Shown: one piece after another, positions 48,164-58,715 of the stretch
Position numbering within the stretch: position 1 is the stretch's first letter
Layout: every line of letters starts with the position of its first letter
IMG/VR virus record: IMGVR_UViG_3300020442_001467
Coordinates: 1 to 64,000 of that record
Direction: 5' to 3' (one strand)
Length of the DNA stretch: 64,000 nucleotides
Origin: a virus
Notes under the pieces: generated by a model
Seen by the model: the letters and a program-made list of their open reading frames with translations, nothing else
Database searches by the model: none
Told to the model about the DNA's origin: nothing
Translations under genes and position numbers: made by a program

Positions 48164-51100
48164 ATGGCAGATTTCAGATTAGGCAGACTTAAGTTTAATT
48201 GGAGGGGCGACTGGACAGTTGCCACTGCATACGTCATCGATGACATCGTTAAGTTTGGCGCAAACACCTTTGTTTGTATTTCCAACCACACGTCAGCATC
48301 GAATGAGGCACAATGGTATGGTTCGGATGGTGCCAGATGGCAAGTCCATACCGAAGGCATTTACCATAGAGGTGAATGGGCGGATGCAACCTTCTATAGA
48401 ACTAATGATATTGTCAAGTATGGCAATGATCAGTATAGGGTTGTCAACCCCCACACTTCAGCAGGATCCTTCGCTTCTGCAAACTTTGTCTCTTATGCTA
48501 ACGGACTGAAGTTTGAAGATACGTGGGATTCCAACACTGAATACCAACAGGGAGACATCGTAACCTTTGGTGGTTATTCATACATCGCTCAAGCAATCAC
48601 TACTGGTTCTAGACCTAACCAGAACCTTGGCACTGATTGGGAGATCCTAACTACTGGTTTCAAGGTAGTTGGTACATGGAGCAACAGCACCGAGTATAAG
48701 CCTGGTGACGTTGTACTTCTTGGTGGTAACTCTTACGTTGCTAAAACAACCAATACAAACTCCACACCTGGATCTAATCCTTCTGATTGGGACTTCGTTG
48801 TTGGTGGTTTCACCTGGAGAGGTACTTGGAACAACACCACAACTTATCAGCCTGGTGACGCTGTTACCAGAGCAAGTAACTCCTACATCTGTGTTGCCGA
48901 GACAACTGGCAACGAACCTGAACTAGATGTTAACGGAGACTACTGGAACTCCCTGACCCAAGGCGCACAGTCTAACGTCCTAACTGATCCTGGCGATGTT
49001 CTTTACATCTCTGGTTCTGGTGCTGCAAGACTGCCTATCGGAAATAATGGTCAAGTTCTAACTGTTGATAGCAACGGTTTCCCTGCATGGCAAAATAATA
49101 ATGTTACCGATCCTGTTTTCTATGTCACCACAAATGGTGATGACCTGAATGACGGTTCTAACATTAGTAAAGCATTTGCTTCACTTGCTCATGCTGTAAA
49201 CACCGTTACTGGTCCTGCTACCATTTATGTCAAGGCAGGTATCTATAACGAAACTCTACCAATCATCGTTCCAGAGAACGTTTCGATCATTGGTGACAAC
49301 ATGAGAACGTCCACCATTAAACCAAATGTTGGACAACCTTCTAACATCCAAAGACTAACACTCGCAACGATTCCTCTCGCTTCTGAAAGAGTCATTGGCG
49401 AGACATGCACAAACGGTGCTGGCGATAAGACCGCACAGATCATGGATGTTAGAGACGGTGGTGCTACCATCGACGTTATGCCACTGACTGGTGGTGTCTG
49501 GACTACCTCCGATGCTTTCGATAACGGTGGTGCTGATATTGCACTCAATACAGTATCTACTCTCAATAACGAGAACGCAACTCTCTTCTATCTGTCTAAC
49601 AGATCGATGCTGAAGGATCTCGTTATGGACGGCATGGCAGGATTCGTTCCTTCTTCTACCGATCCGAAGGACATGAACACCTCTACTCCAGATGGTGTAT
49701 TCGTCAGACTGAACCCCAACTCCCCAATCACCAAGTCTCCTTACGTTTCGCAGTGTTCTGCATTCTCACAGACTGGTATTGGTGCAATTGTTGACGGTGG
49801 TGTTCACGAGAAGTATGACGGAACTGGAACTCCTTCCAACAAGTCTATTGTTTTTGACTCCTGGACTAACATCCACGAAAGCGGTGGTGTAGGTTTCTGG
49901 ATTACGAACAACGGCGCTGCTGAAATCGTATCCTGCTTCACTTACTATTGCCACATCTCCTACACCTCTACTAGAGGTGGTAGAATCAGATCCTTGGCAG
50001 GTAACTCCTCCTGGGGTACTTACGCTATTGTTTCTTCTGGTTTCAACGAGAATGAAGCTACTCTCGATGGATTCATCGACGGTATCGAACTCAACTACGA
50101 TCCTCTTACCCTATCTACTGGATTCTCTTTTGAGACTGCAGAGCAAGTTACTGGCGGCACTTCTGGTGCGGTTGGTGAAGTTGCTAGCTTCCAACCTTCT
50201 GCAGATAAGATTCTTATCCGTCCTCTCAAAGGTAACTTTACACAGAACGAAGTTGTTACTGGTAGCGTTTCTACAGCAACTGCAACTCTGGTCAATAACG
50301 CTGACGCCCAGAAGGGTATGTCAGGTTTCACCTTTGTTCTTGGCGGTCTAACTGCTGCTCCTGACCCAGGTGGTTCGATTGAATACATCACTGGTCCTGG
50401 TGGACTTGGTTCCGACCTCTTCACTTATGTAATTGCTAACTCTTCTTACTCTGGACCTACTGGTCGTGGAGAACTGACCGTAACCAGAGGACTACTTGGT
50501 TCTTCTGCTACAACTCATGATGGTTTGAGCACTGTTGCTAGATACCAAACTGGTACTGCAACGTCTCTAACTGCTCCTATCAGTGATGCAGTCAGCGTTA
50601 TCATCCAAGTTGCTTCGATTACTGGTATTAACACTGGTGGTTATATCATCGTCGAAAACGAGATGATGGAAGTTGTCTCCTTCCCAACTGCAACTTCGGT
50701 CGAAGTTATCAGAGGAGTAGAAGGCACTACTGGTGCTGCACATAACTCTGGCGTCACCGTCAGAGCACTTCAGATCAAGGTTCCTAGCGAAACAACTACC
50801 GCTAGAGACCTAACAGCATCTGACACAATTATTCTTGTTGAATCGTCCACGGGTACTCTATCCTCCGACTATATCAAGATTGACAATGAGTTCATGCAGG
50901 TTTCTAATTCTGCAACAATTACAACTGGTACTGTTCTGGTTGTTCTTGCAGAAGAAAAACCAACTGCAACTTATGACCGTCAAGCTACAAGAATCAGATA
51001 CCTGTATTCTCAAGTCAGACTAACTGGTCACGACTTCCTGGATATCGGTACTGGTAACAAAACCCAGACTAACTGGCCAGGTCTGCCACTTTCGGCACCT

Positions 51101-51436
51101 GCACCAGGTAATGAGGTTACTGAAAACTTCCCTGGTCGTGTGTTCTTTGTATCCACGGACCAAGATGGTAACTTCACCGTTGGTCGTTACTTCAAAGTTA
51201 ACCAGGCAACTGGTAGCACAACCTTGAACGCATCTTCCTTCGACCTGTCTGGTCTATCGTCCTTGAGACTTGGTTCTATCGGTGCTCAAATCGGTGAATC
51301 CATTAATGAGTTCACAAGCGACGTTACATTCTCTGCTAATAGCAACTCTAAAGTTCCTACGCAGAAGGCAGTCAAGACTTACGTTGACACAAAGACGAAG
51401 ACTAAAGGCTTCACTTTCTGGGCGGGAGCAATGTGA
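48164..51436 (+). CDS. tail fibre/spike with CBM5/12-like repeats and pectin-lyase-like beta-helix
   Basis: Repeated W..xTxYxxGDxV units; FYVTTNGDDLNDG...TIYVKAGIYNETLPIIVPENVSIIGDNMR. Confidence 0.8.
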   Translation: MADFRLGRLKFNWRGDWTVATAYVIDDIVKFGANTFVCISNHTSASNEAQWYGSDGARWQVHTEGIYHRGEWADATFYRTNDIVKYGNDQYRVVNPHTSAGSFASANFVSYANGLKFEDTWDSNTEYQQGDIVTFGGYSYIAQAITTGSRPNQNLGTDWEILTTGFKVVGTWSNSTEYKPGDVVLLGGNSYVAKTTNTNSTPGSNPSDWDFVVGGFTWRGTWNNTTTYQPGDAVTRASNSYICVAETTGNEPELDVNGDYWNSLTQGAQSNVLTDPGDVLYISGSGAARLPIGNNGQVLTVDSNGFPAWQNNNVTDPVFYVTTNGDDLNDGSNISKAFASLAHAVNTVTGPATIYVKAGIYNETLPIIVPENVSIIGDNMRTSTIKPNVGQPSNIQRLTLATIPLASERVIGETCTNGAGDKTAQIMDVRDGGATIDVMPLTGGVWTTSDAFDNGGADIALNTVSTLNNENATLFYLSNRSMLKDLVMDGMAGFVPSSTDPKDMNTSTPDGVFVRLNPNSPITKSPYVSQCSAFSQTGIGAIVDGGVHEKYDGTGTPSNKSIVFDSWTNIHESGGVGFWITNNGAAEIVSCFTYYCHISYTSTRGGRIRSLAGNSSWGTYAIVSSGFNENEATLDGFIDGIELNYDPLTLSTGFSFETAEQVTGGTSGAVGEVASFQPSADKILIRPLKGNFTQNEVVTGSVSTATATLVNNADAQKGMSGFTFVLGGLTAAPDPGGSIEYITGPGGLGSDLFTYVIANSSYSGPTGRGELTVTRGLLGSSATTHDGLSTVARYQTGTATSLTAPISDAVSVIIQVASITGINTGGYIIVENEMMEVVSFPTATSVEVIRGVEGTTGAAHNSGVTVRALQIKVPSETTTARDLTASDTIILVESSTGTLSSDYIKIDNEFMQVSNSATITTGTVLVVLAEEKPTATYDRQATRIRYLYSQVRLTGHDFLDIGTGNKTQTNWPGLPLSAPAPGNEVTENFPGRVFFVSTDQDGNFTVGRYFKVNQATGSTTLNASSFDLSGLSSLRLGSIGAQIGESINEFTSDVTFSANSNSKVPTQKAVKTYVDTKTKTKGFTFWAGAM

Positions 51437-51445
51437 TCCCCTCTT

Positions 51446-51453
51446 TATAAATA
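51446..51453 (+). promoter_or_regulatory. T4-type late promoter
   Basis: TATAAATA; AAGGAG RBS downstream. Confidence 0.85.
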
Positions 51454-51498
51454 CTAGTAAAATTACGAAATCTCGGCAAACTTAAGGAGTAATAAAAA

Positions 51499-51819
51499 AT
51501 GGCTTCTGGAATCCTGGGGACACAAGCTTCCCTTTCAGCAAACACCCTAACCACAGTATATACCGTCCCTGCATCAACCGTTGCATACGTGAACTTCAAC
51601 ATCGTCAACACCAACGCTACGCCTGTTAGCGTTCGTGTTGCTCTCGCTGCTACCAGCACACCTACTGGAGCAGAATACATTGAGTATAATGCAGAAATTG
51701 CAGGATACGGTATTTTGGAGAGAACTGGTATTGCGCTTCAGGCAACTAAAAACATTGTAGTCCTATCCGATACGGCAAACGTCAGCGTGTCTGCGTATGG
51801 CGTTGAAGAAGAGGCTTGA
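51499..51819 (+). CDS. small beta-sandwich structural protein
   Basis: TTVYTVPA...YIEY...LERTGI...VSVSAYGVE; paralogous to domains in 61929-63071. Confidence 0.8.
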   Translation: MASGILGTQASLSANTLTTVYTVPASTVAYVNFNIVNTNATPVSVRVALAATSTPTGAEYIEYNAEIAGYGILERTGIALQATKNIVVLSDTANVSVSAYGVEEEA

Positions 51820-51847
51820 TAAATAACAAAAAGGAGTTATAAGAACA

Positions 51848-52177
51848 ATGGGACGCAATCTATCAACCCCACCAAACGAGCAAAGAACTACAGTTTCTAT
51901 CACTGCAGCACATAGTATTCTATCGGGAGAAATCCTTCTGATTGATACTACCGCTGGCACTGAAATTACTTTGACGTTACCAGCAAACCCATCGCCTGGC
52001 GATAGAGTAAATCTAATCGATGCCGCTGGTCAGTGTGGAACAACTAAAGCAGTTATCGCTAGAAATGGCAACAAAATTGCTAACCTAGCAGAAGACCTAG
52101 ACTTCGATATTAAAAATGCATCGCTTGAATTAATCTATAGTGGATCTTCTTACGGTTGGTCGATCCTTTCTAACTGA
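51848..52177 (+). CDS. gp9/gp10-like small tail protein
   Basis: IDTTAG..ITLTLPANPSPGDRVNLIDAAG...IARNGNKI...ELIYSG..YGW. Confidence 0.75.
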   Translation: MGRNLSTPPNEQRTTVSITAAHSILSGEILLIDTTAGTEITLTLPANPSPGDRVNLIDAAGQCGTTKAVIARNGNKIANLAEDLDFDIKNASLELIYSGSSYGWSILSN

Positions 52178-52201
52178 TATACCTAGGGAGGGATATGAAT
52201 C

Positions 52202-53137
52202 ATGTCGAGTTTAAGAGATTTATTAGATATTGCTGATCCGTCCGTAGTACCCGTTACTACGTACTACGGACCTCAAGGAAGTCACCAGATTTGGTTCCGT
52301 GGTGCTCACTGTTGGGAATTCAACAGCAACCATAACTACAACTGGCAAGAGCTTTGCTGGTGCGTTCCAGCATGCTGTGTCTGTAAACTAGAGATCGAAA
52401 TCTGGGGCGGAGGCGGCGGAGGTTCTGGCGCTTGCTGCTGTATGATGGGTTGGAATGGTCACTCTGGTCAGTACAACAAAGTTACAGTTTGTGCATCGCA
52501 GTCTAACATTAACGGTACTTCACTAGACGGTTGTAAGTATTGTTTCTGTGCAGCATCCATCACTTGTAGATATCCATCTAACGGTGGTTTTGACGGATGT
52601 AAGTCCTGGGTAAATGGTCCTGGTCTAGATAACTTCTGTGCTTGTGGCGGTTGCTACGGTAACTCCTGCTGCTTTGGTTCTTCTAACTACGCTGGTGGTT
52701 GCAGAACCAGAATCAACTGGATGACAGGTGAAGCATGGAACAGATGGCAGACTAACTGCTGGAGTCAAGATAGAGCATGTCGTGAATACTGCTGCGAGTA
52801 CGGTAAGGAATACTGGGGTGCTCAAAACTCCTATAACCAGATGGACTGCGCCGACTGTGGTAACTGGTGTATGATGAAAAACTATGTTCCTACCGCTCCT
52901 TACATGGACGGCAAGTTTGGAACACTACATACTACCAGACGTTGCTCGATGGCAACTTGTGGTAGAGAAGCAACAATGTGGATGGAAGGCAACAACGGGG
53001 GCATTTCGGGCGATTGTTGGAGAAACGGTCCTCCTGGTATGGGTGGATTCTCTGCTGACGTATTTGGCAGAGGTTGCTGCTGCGGTTCCGAAGGTGCTGC
53101 AGGTCTTGTTAAAATCACATGGCACTGTAAGACATAA
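52202..53137 (+). CDS. Cys/Gly-rich protein, paralog 1
   Basis: EIWGGGGGGSGACCC...GAAGLVKITW (glycine-rich fibre-tip-like); about 35 Cys by hand count. Confidence 0.8.
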   Translation: MSSLRDLLDIADPSVVPVTTYYGPQGSHQIWFRGAHCWEFNSNHNYNWQELCWCVPACCVCKLEIEIWGGGGGGSGACCCMMGWNGHSGQYNKVTVCASQSNINGTSLDGCKYCFCAASITCRYPSNGGFDGCKSWVNGPGLDNFCACGGCYGNSCCFGSSNYAGGCRTRINWMTGEAWNRWQTNCWSQDRACREYCCEYGKEYWGAQNSYNQMDCADCGNWCMMKNYVPTAPYMDGKFGTLHTTRRCSMATCGREATMWMEGNNGGISGDCWRNGPPGMGGFSADVFGRGCCCGSEGAAGLVKITWHCKT

Positions 53138-53143
53138 TAAAAG

Positions 53144-54076
53144 ATGGCAAATTTACGAGGACTACTTGGTAAAGAGTTCGGCTCTACCATTGACGATACT
53201 GCCGCTACTTTCGGCAGTTACAATAAAGTTAGGGACGGTATGGTCTTTAACTTCATGCCCTATTGTAACATGGGTAACTGCGATAACAGCTATCGTGGTT
53301 ATTACATTCAACATTGGTGCGTTCCCTGCGGTACTACCCAGATCACCTTTGAACTCTGGGGTGGCGGCGGATCAGGCGGTGGCGCTTGCTGCTGTCAGCA
53401 AGGCGTACCAGGTGGTTCTGGTTCATATGTCAGAAAGACCCTGCAGTATCCACAGATCCAAGGTGGATGGTGTTACTACCTTTGCGTAGCACCACCTACC
53501 TGCTGTGCATCCTGCTGCTGTGGTATCCAAGGTTGTAAGTCTTACATCACTGGTTGTAACTTAAGTAACCTTTGTGCAGACGGTGGTTTCCCTGGCAAGA
53601 CTTGCTGCTATGCATTCTGGAGCAACGACTTCAGATGTACTGACAGACATTACTTCGCTGGTGCTGGTGGTTGGACTCCTGGAACAGACGGTGCATCATC
53701 TTATGGTGGTGACGAAATGATCAAAGGTGGACCTGGATTCTTCAGAACTTATAATACTTCCAGCACTTGCTGGACGAAGATTGGCATGCCTTATCCACCT
53801 AGACTTATCGACCACAAAGGTGGTCACATTATGTCTAACGTTTCTGGTGATGCATGCAACCAAGAAAGAACATATTGTACTGGTACTACTCCTTGGGCGT
53901 ATAACTCCAACTGTAACGGTGGTGCTGGTATGCCTGGTGTTGGCGCTCCTTCTGCTACATCTTGTGGTGGCAGCTGCTGCTACGGGCGTAGAGGCGTTGG
54001 CGGCATGATCAAGATCACTTATTGCTCTTGCTGGTTAGGCGTTAACAATAACTGTGCTTATCATTTCTGTAACTAA
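53144..54076 (+). CDS. Cys/Gly-rich protein, paralog 2
   Basis: WCVPCGTTQITFELWGGGGSGGGACCC...GVGGMIKITY. Confidence 0.8.
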   Translation: MANLRGLLGKEFGSTIDDTAATFGSYNKVRDGMVFNFMPYCNMGNCDNSYRGYYIQHWCVPCGTTQITFELWGGGGSGGGACCCQQGVPGGSGSYVRKTLQYPQIQGGWCYYLCVAPPTCCASCCCGIQGCKSYITGCNLSNLCADGGFPGKTCCYAFWSNDFRCTDRHYFAGAGGWTPGTDGASSYGGDEMIKGGPGFFRTYNTSSTCWTKIGMPYPPRLIDHKGGHIMSNVSGDACNQERTYCTGTTPWAYNSNCNGGAGMPGVGAPSATSCGGSCCYGRRGVGGMIKITYCSCWLGVNNNCAYHFCN

Positions 54077-54102
54077 ATAACATATAAGAAGGATCATAGA
54101 AG

Positions 54103-54999
54103 ATGCCAAACACCAATTTACGAGACTTGTTGGGAGTCGTCACAACTAAATCAATTGAAGGATTATCATCCGCTGACACCACCACCAAGGTGCCACCATA
54201 TCCTTCAAAGGATTATACTGTCATGTACATCAGTGGACAGTGTGGTGCGACTTGTGATAACTGGACTTCTAACTATGGATACTTCGAGTATCCTGACTGG
54301 AAAGTCCCATCCAACACCACAGAGATCATTTTTGAGATCTGGGGCGCTGGTGGATCTGGTGGCGATAGTCGCTGCTGTGGTAGAGGCATCCCTGGCGGTT
54401 CTGGTGCTTATGCATATAAGAAACTATCTGGTAATCAGGTAGTTCCTGGTTGTTCATACTCCATGGAGATTGGACAGGGTGGTAGAGCAAGAACAAACCT
54501 AACCTGTGGTGTTAAAGGTGGAGACACTTACATCACTGGTCACAATCTTTCTAACTTCTGTGCTGTTGGTGGTGATGGAGGATGCTCCTGCTGCTACATG
54601 TGCTGCTGCTTCTGGCACACGAAGTGTACTGTATGCTGCAATGGTCCTTGTGCGCTATACTATGGTGCTGACAGAGGTGCTTATGGCAACCCTGGCGCTG
54701 GTTACATCTTCTGCCACAGCAACCACTGCCACAACAAGCAGTACATCCCATATCCTGGTGGTCTAGTTAACGGTAAGGGCGGTTGGTTGCCCATGACCCA
54801 ATGTGAGCACAGAGGATGTGGATATTGCAGCACCATGTATGCTACCGCACAACTATCTTGGGGTGGTTTCAACGATAGAAACTATGTTCCTGGTATCGGC
54901 GGTGCTTCTGGTTGGACTGACGGTGGCTGCTGCTATGGTCAGCATGGTAACCACGGTTTGATTAGAATCAGTTACAAGCAATCTGAATGCAGCTACTGA
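54103..54999 (+). CDS. Cys/Gly-rich protein, paralog 3
   Basis: WKVPSNTTEIIFEIWGAGGSGGDSRCC...GNHGLIRISY. Confidence 0.8.
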   Translation: MPNTNLRDLLGVVTTKSIEGLSSADTTTKVPPYPSKDYTVMYISGQCGATCDNWTSNYGYFEYPDWKVPSNTTEIIFEIWGAGGSGGDSRCCGRGIPGGSGAYAYKKLSGNQVVPGCSYSMEIGQGGRARTNLTCGVKGGDTYITGHNLSNFCAVGGDGGCSCCYMCCCFWHTKCTVCCNGPCALYYGADRGAYGNPGAGYIFCHSNHCHNKQYIPYPGGLVNGKGGWLPMTQCEHRGCGYCSTMYATAQLSWGGFNDRNYVPGIGGASGWTDGGCCYGQHGNHGLIRISYKQSECSY

Positions 55000-55019
55000 T
55001 CACCGAACAATCTATTCTA

Positions 55020-55027
55020 TATAAATA
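55020..55027 (+). promoter_or_regulatory. T4-type late promoter
   Basis: TATAAATA. Confidence 0.85.
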
Positions 55028-55068
55028 TCTAAAGCAATAACCACAGACTACTTAAAGAGATTACTACC

Positions 55069-55797
55069 ATGGCGAAAATTTCAAAAGAATTTACATACGA
55101 TCTACCTGATGAGTACACAAAGCAGACTAGTGATCTTGGACTAACTGCTACTGCGACCTATGAGGGTCCTGAATTCCTGTACGTATTTGTTGATGCTGCA
55201 ACAGGTAGACTGCTAGCATCCCAGTCGTTCATGCCTACAAAGAACGAAACTGTTGATGCAGAGAATGCACAGATCAGAGCAGGTCTTGACGAGAGAGCAA
55301 TCCTCCTCCGTCCTAAAGCATCCAACACCGATGCAATCATTGCATCCCTCTTCATCGCTCCTGACACTGGAGAGTCCACCGACTATCCACAGAAAAAGTA
55401 CACCCTTGATGGTGAGACCGAACCATATTACGTTCGTCCCGATCCCCAGTGGACTAACCACACCTATCAAGTAGATGAGATCGAATATGATTTCACTGCT
55501 GGTGAGTGGAGCACTCCTTTCCCCTGGATGAAGCCTTGGATGACTCTTGAGATGCATACCACTGCTAGAGATAACATTGTTGGTGGCGCAAGAAAGTTCC
55601 TTGAGGACAACAGAGCAAATCTGACCGCAGCTCAAATTGCTGCTATCGAAGCATTCGGCACCGAGATGGACGCTACATACACCAAGTATGCTGGCATCGA
55701 TGCTCACATGATTCCTTTCCCAGACGATCCAACTGCTGGTCTAGTCGATGGTTACGACTATAACGTAGACGAAGATGGTCTGCTATCCGCTGAATGA
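55069..55797 (+). CDS. hypothetical acidic protein (possible fibre assembly chaperone)
   Basis: 242 aa; helical C-terminus ending IPFPDDP, in the position typical of a tail-fibre-assembly gene. Confidence 0.65.
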   Translation: MAKISKEFTYDLPDEYTKQTSDLGLTATATYEGPEFLYVFVDAATGRLLASQSFMPTKNETVDAENAQIRAGLDERAILLRPKASNTDAIIASLFIAPDTGESTDYPQKKYTLDGETEPYYVRPDPQWTNHTYQVDEIEYDFTAGEWSTPFPWMKPWMTLEMHTTARDNIVGGARKFLEDNRANLTAAQIAAIEAFGTEMDATYTKYAGIDAHMIPFPDDPTAGLVDGYDYNVDEDGLLSAE

Positions 55798-55819
55798 TAA
55801 CTGATTCTGTGGTATACTG

Positions 55820-55843
55820 GGGGCGGGGAACCGCCCCTTTTTT
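55820..55843 (+). terminator. intrinsic terminator
   Basis: GGGGCGG-ggaa-CCGCCCC-TTTTTT; followed by the late-like CATAAATA at 55848. Confidence 0.85.
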
Positions 55844-55882
55844 CATGCATAAATAGTAGAAACTAAATCATTGTGATTGATT

Positions 55883-57019
55883 ATGAGACCTAAATCATTC
55901 TTTATCAATGGTGGTGCTGGACGTGTGCTTTGTTCAATTCCCGCCCTTGAGAAGTATCAAGAAGATCATCCAGACGAAGATTTTCTGATCGTATGTGAAG
56001 GAGGTACAGACTTCTTCAAAGGACATCCTACACTTTATGGTAAGGTGTACGATAACTGGCATAAGAATCTCTTTAGAGATAAACTGATTCACACTGACAC
56101 TATTTCCCCAGAACCTTATAGGGTATGGGAATACTACAATCAGAAGTGTAATCTCTCTCAAGCATTCGATATTGCTATCAACAATAAAGGTATTAGAGAT
56201 TTACCTAAACCAACAATCAAACTTTCCAAGGAAGAGTCGATCAACGGGAAGTTTATTGTTGCAGAAGTAAGACAAAAGACGAATAAGAAAAAGACTGTTG
56301 TCTTCCAACCATATGGTAGAGGAGTACAGCAGGCAGGTAATATCATTACCGATCCTTCTGGCAGAAGTTTTGAACACGGAAACATGGTTTCCATTATCAA
56401 GAGACTTCAGAAAAAGTATTCTGTCATTTTGATGTCAGAGTTTGCATTTGATTTTGAGAAAGAAGGACTTCGTGATACTATTTCATTCCCTGCTGGCAAT
56501 GGAGTTCCCATGCGTGGTTGGGCAGGTATCATCAAAGAAGCAGATCTCTTTCTTGGTTGTGACTCGGTGGGTCAACACATTGCACATGCAGTTGGCACTC
56601 CTGTAGTTGCTGTCATGGGATCAACTTTCGGAGTCAACGTTTCTTATCCAGAAGAAGAAATGTTTGATGTCCTTGACATGGGCGAAGGTCTTCGTCAGTA
56701 TGATCCGATCCGTATCTGTCCTGATGAAGAGTCTGCAAGACTTAATGATGGCATCATGGCAATGAATGACAAGGTAGAAGAAGTCATCATGAAGTCGGTT
56801 GACAAACTGATGAACAAATACTATCGCAAACCATCTATGGAGGTTGTTCTTCCTCCAGAATTTGGTGGTCCTACAGCAGATGGATGTAACCTACCAGAAG
56901 CACCCAGCAGCAATGGAAACAATTTCCAAATTCCAATGCAGCAACCCGCTCCTGGTGGATCAGATGTAAAAATTCCAGCACTAGATATTCCCAGCAAAGG
57001 GTTTTCCGTTAAAAAATAA
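55883..57019 (+). CDS. glycosyltransferase family 9 (heptosyltransferase-like)
   Basis: GGAGRVLCSIPALE N-terminus; ADLFLGCDSVGQHIAHAVGTPVVAVMGST, the GT9 nucleotide-sugar binding motif. Confidence 0.75.
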   Translation: MRPKSFFINGGAGRVLCSIPALEKYQEDHPDEDFLIVCEGGTDFFKGHPTLYGKVYDNWHKNLFRDKLIHTDTISPEPYRVWEYYNQKCNLSQAFDIAINNKGIRDLPKPTIKLSKEESINGKFIVAEVRQKTNKKKTVVFQPYGRGVQQAGNIITDPSGRSFEHGNMVSIIKRLQKKYSVILMSEFAFDFEKEGLRDTISFPAGNGVPMRGWAGIIKEADLFLGCDSVGQHIAHAVGTPVVAVMGSTFGVNVSYPEEEMFDVLDMGEGLRQYDPIRICPDEESARLNDGIMAMNDKVEEVIMKSVDKLMNKYYRKPSMEVVLPPEFGGPTADGCNLPEAPSSNGNNFQIPMQQPAPGGSDVKIPALDIPSKGFSVKK

Positions 57020-57032
57020 TTGAGGATTAGTA

Positions 57033-58715
57033 ATGAACATTCTTGCAATTGCCCGTGGTCATAACGGGAGCACTACCCTGCTGGTTGACGGTAAGGTAGT
57101 ATTCTATCTAGAGGAAGAACGCCTCTCTAGATTTAAGTATGATGGTTCCCCTCTGTTGGGAATCGCAAAGGCGTTTGAATATGTTGATCATATCGACCAC
57201 CTGGTCATCTGTCACACCCACCGTGCTGGTCCAACGTTAGACTGGTCTGGTGAAGATGCATACCAGGGTTGGGTGAGGAAACTTGCCAGGAAGAAGTTTG
57301 AGTTTGAAACTCACTTCATCGATATCAATCATCATGAGATGCATGCAGCATGTGGATTCTATAACTCTGGATTTGAAGATGCTGCTTGTGTCATCGCTGA
57401 CGGTGCTGGCAGTTTCCTACAGATTGAACAAGTGGGAGATGTCTCCTACGAGTTTGAAACTATCTTTGATGCATCGTATCCTGGTGAGTTTGATACTGTG
57501 TTTAAACACATTGGAACCAAAGCAGCTATTGGTTGCAATGAAGCAGAGAAAGGTATCTTTATTACAGAATACCCTGGTCACACCAAGATGTATGAAGCAG
57601 TAACTCAATACTGTGGATTCCCAGCAATTGAAGCTGGCAAACTTATGGGTCTTGCTCCATACGGCAAACCCAACGAAGATTTGCCAGACTTCTTCAGAGA
57701 TGGTTGGGGTAACAGGGACTTAATTATTCCTACGTATCCTAATGCTGCTCAAATTAACATTGGTCGCTATGAAATTCTCAAGAAGGATTACGAGAACCAT
57801 GTAGAAGGTGAGTACACGGATATTCAAAAGGATCTTGCATACAAGATTCAGGAACAAACTTCCGACCGTATGGTTGAGTTGATTCGCAAAGCACACGAAT
57901 TGACTGGTAAAAAGAACATTGTAATTTGTGGTGGTTATGGTCTCAACTGCGTTGCAAACTACAAGTATTGGAATGAGTTCCCTGACCTCAACATCTACTG
58001 CGAACCTATTTCGCATGACGGTGGTACTTCTATTGGTGGTGCTAAATACATCTACCACAAAGTAAAAGAAACCGAAAAACCACAGAAACAGGAATCTGTT
58101 TACTATGGTCCTCAATACGCCCCTGAAGAATACCTTGCAGATCTGGGTGATCTGGAAGTTACCGACACTTCTTATGATGATGTTGCAAAACTGATTCGTG
58201 AAGGTAACATCGTTACTATCTACCAAGGTCGTTCTGAAGGTGGTCCTCGCGCACTTGGCAACAGATCTATTCTGTTTGATCCTACTATCAAAGATGGTAA
58301 AGATCATGTCAATGCAGTCAAGCGTCGTGAGTGGTTCCGTCCTTTCGCTTGCTCTATCAAGAAAGAAAAAGTCCATGACTGGTTCGATCTTGCAGGAAGA
58401 GAAGAAACTCCCCATATGATGTACGCTGTTAAGTGTCATGATGGAGTAGAAGAAAAGATTCCTTCGGTTATTCATGTGGACAATACTTGCCGCATTCAGA
58501 CTGTAACCAAGGAGCAGAATGAACACTACTACAATCTCATTGATGCATTCGATAAGATTACGGATGTCCCTATTCTGTTTAACACTTCTTTTAATCTTGG
58601 TGGAGACCCGCTGGTCGAGACAATCGAAGATGCAGTCAACACACTAGAGAAGAGCGACATCGAATGGATGTATCTCCCTGAAATTCAGAAGTTGGTCCAT
58701 GTCCCAAATCAGTGA
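57033..58715 (+). CDS. carbamoyltransferase (CmcH/NodU/TobZ family)
   Basis: EEERLSR, HHEMHA, GKLMGLAPYG, EGGPRALGNRSIL, KRREWFRPFA, NTSFN. Confidence 0.95.
   Translation: MNILAIARGHNGSTTLLVDGKVVFYLEEERLSRFKYDGSPLLGIAKAFEYVDHIDHLVICHTHRAGPTLDWSGEDAYQGWVRKLARKKFEFETHFIDINHHEMHAACGFYNSGFEDAACVIADGAGSFLQIEQVGDVSYEFETIFDASYPGEFDTVFKHIGTKAAIGCNEAEKGIFITEYPGHTKMYEAVTQYCGFPAIEAGKLMGLAPYGKPNEDLPDFFRDGWGNRDLIIPTYPNAAQINIGRYEILKKDYENHVEGEYTDIQKDLAYKIQEQTSDRMVELIRKAHELTGKKNIVICGGYGLNCVANYKYWNEFPDLNIYCEPISHDGGTSIGGAKYIYHKVKETEKPQKQESVYYGPQYAPEEYLADLGDLEVTDTSYDDVAKLIREGNIVTIYQGRSEGGPRALGNRSILFDPTIKDGKDHVNAVKRREWFRPFACSIKKEKVHDWFDLAGREETPHMMYAVKCHDGVEEKIPSVIHVDNTCRIQTVTKEQNEHYYNLIDAFDKITDVPILFNTSFNLGGDPLVETIEDAVNTLEKSDIEWMYLPEIQKLVHVPNQ

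Noticed and set aside
52202-54999. Cys-rich ORFs as RiPP precursors
   Set aside because: About 300 aa with a fibre-type glycine-rich domain; no leader/core layout and no LanM, YcaO or radical SAM enzyme in the window.
57720-58526. 268-aa minus-strand ORF
   Set aside because: Antisense to the highly conserved carbamoyltransferase; no recognisable motif.
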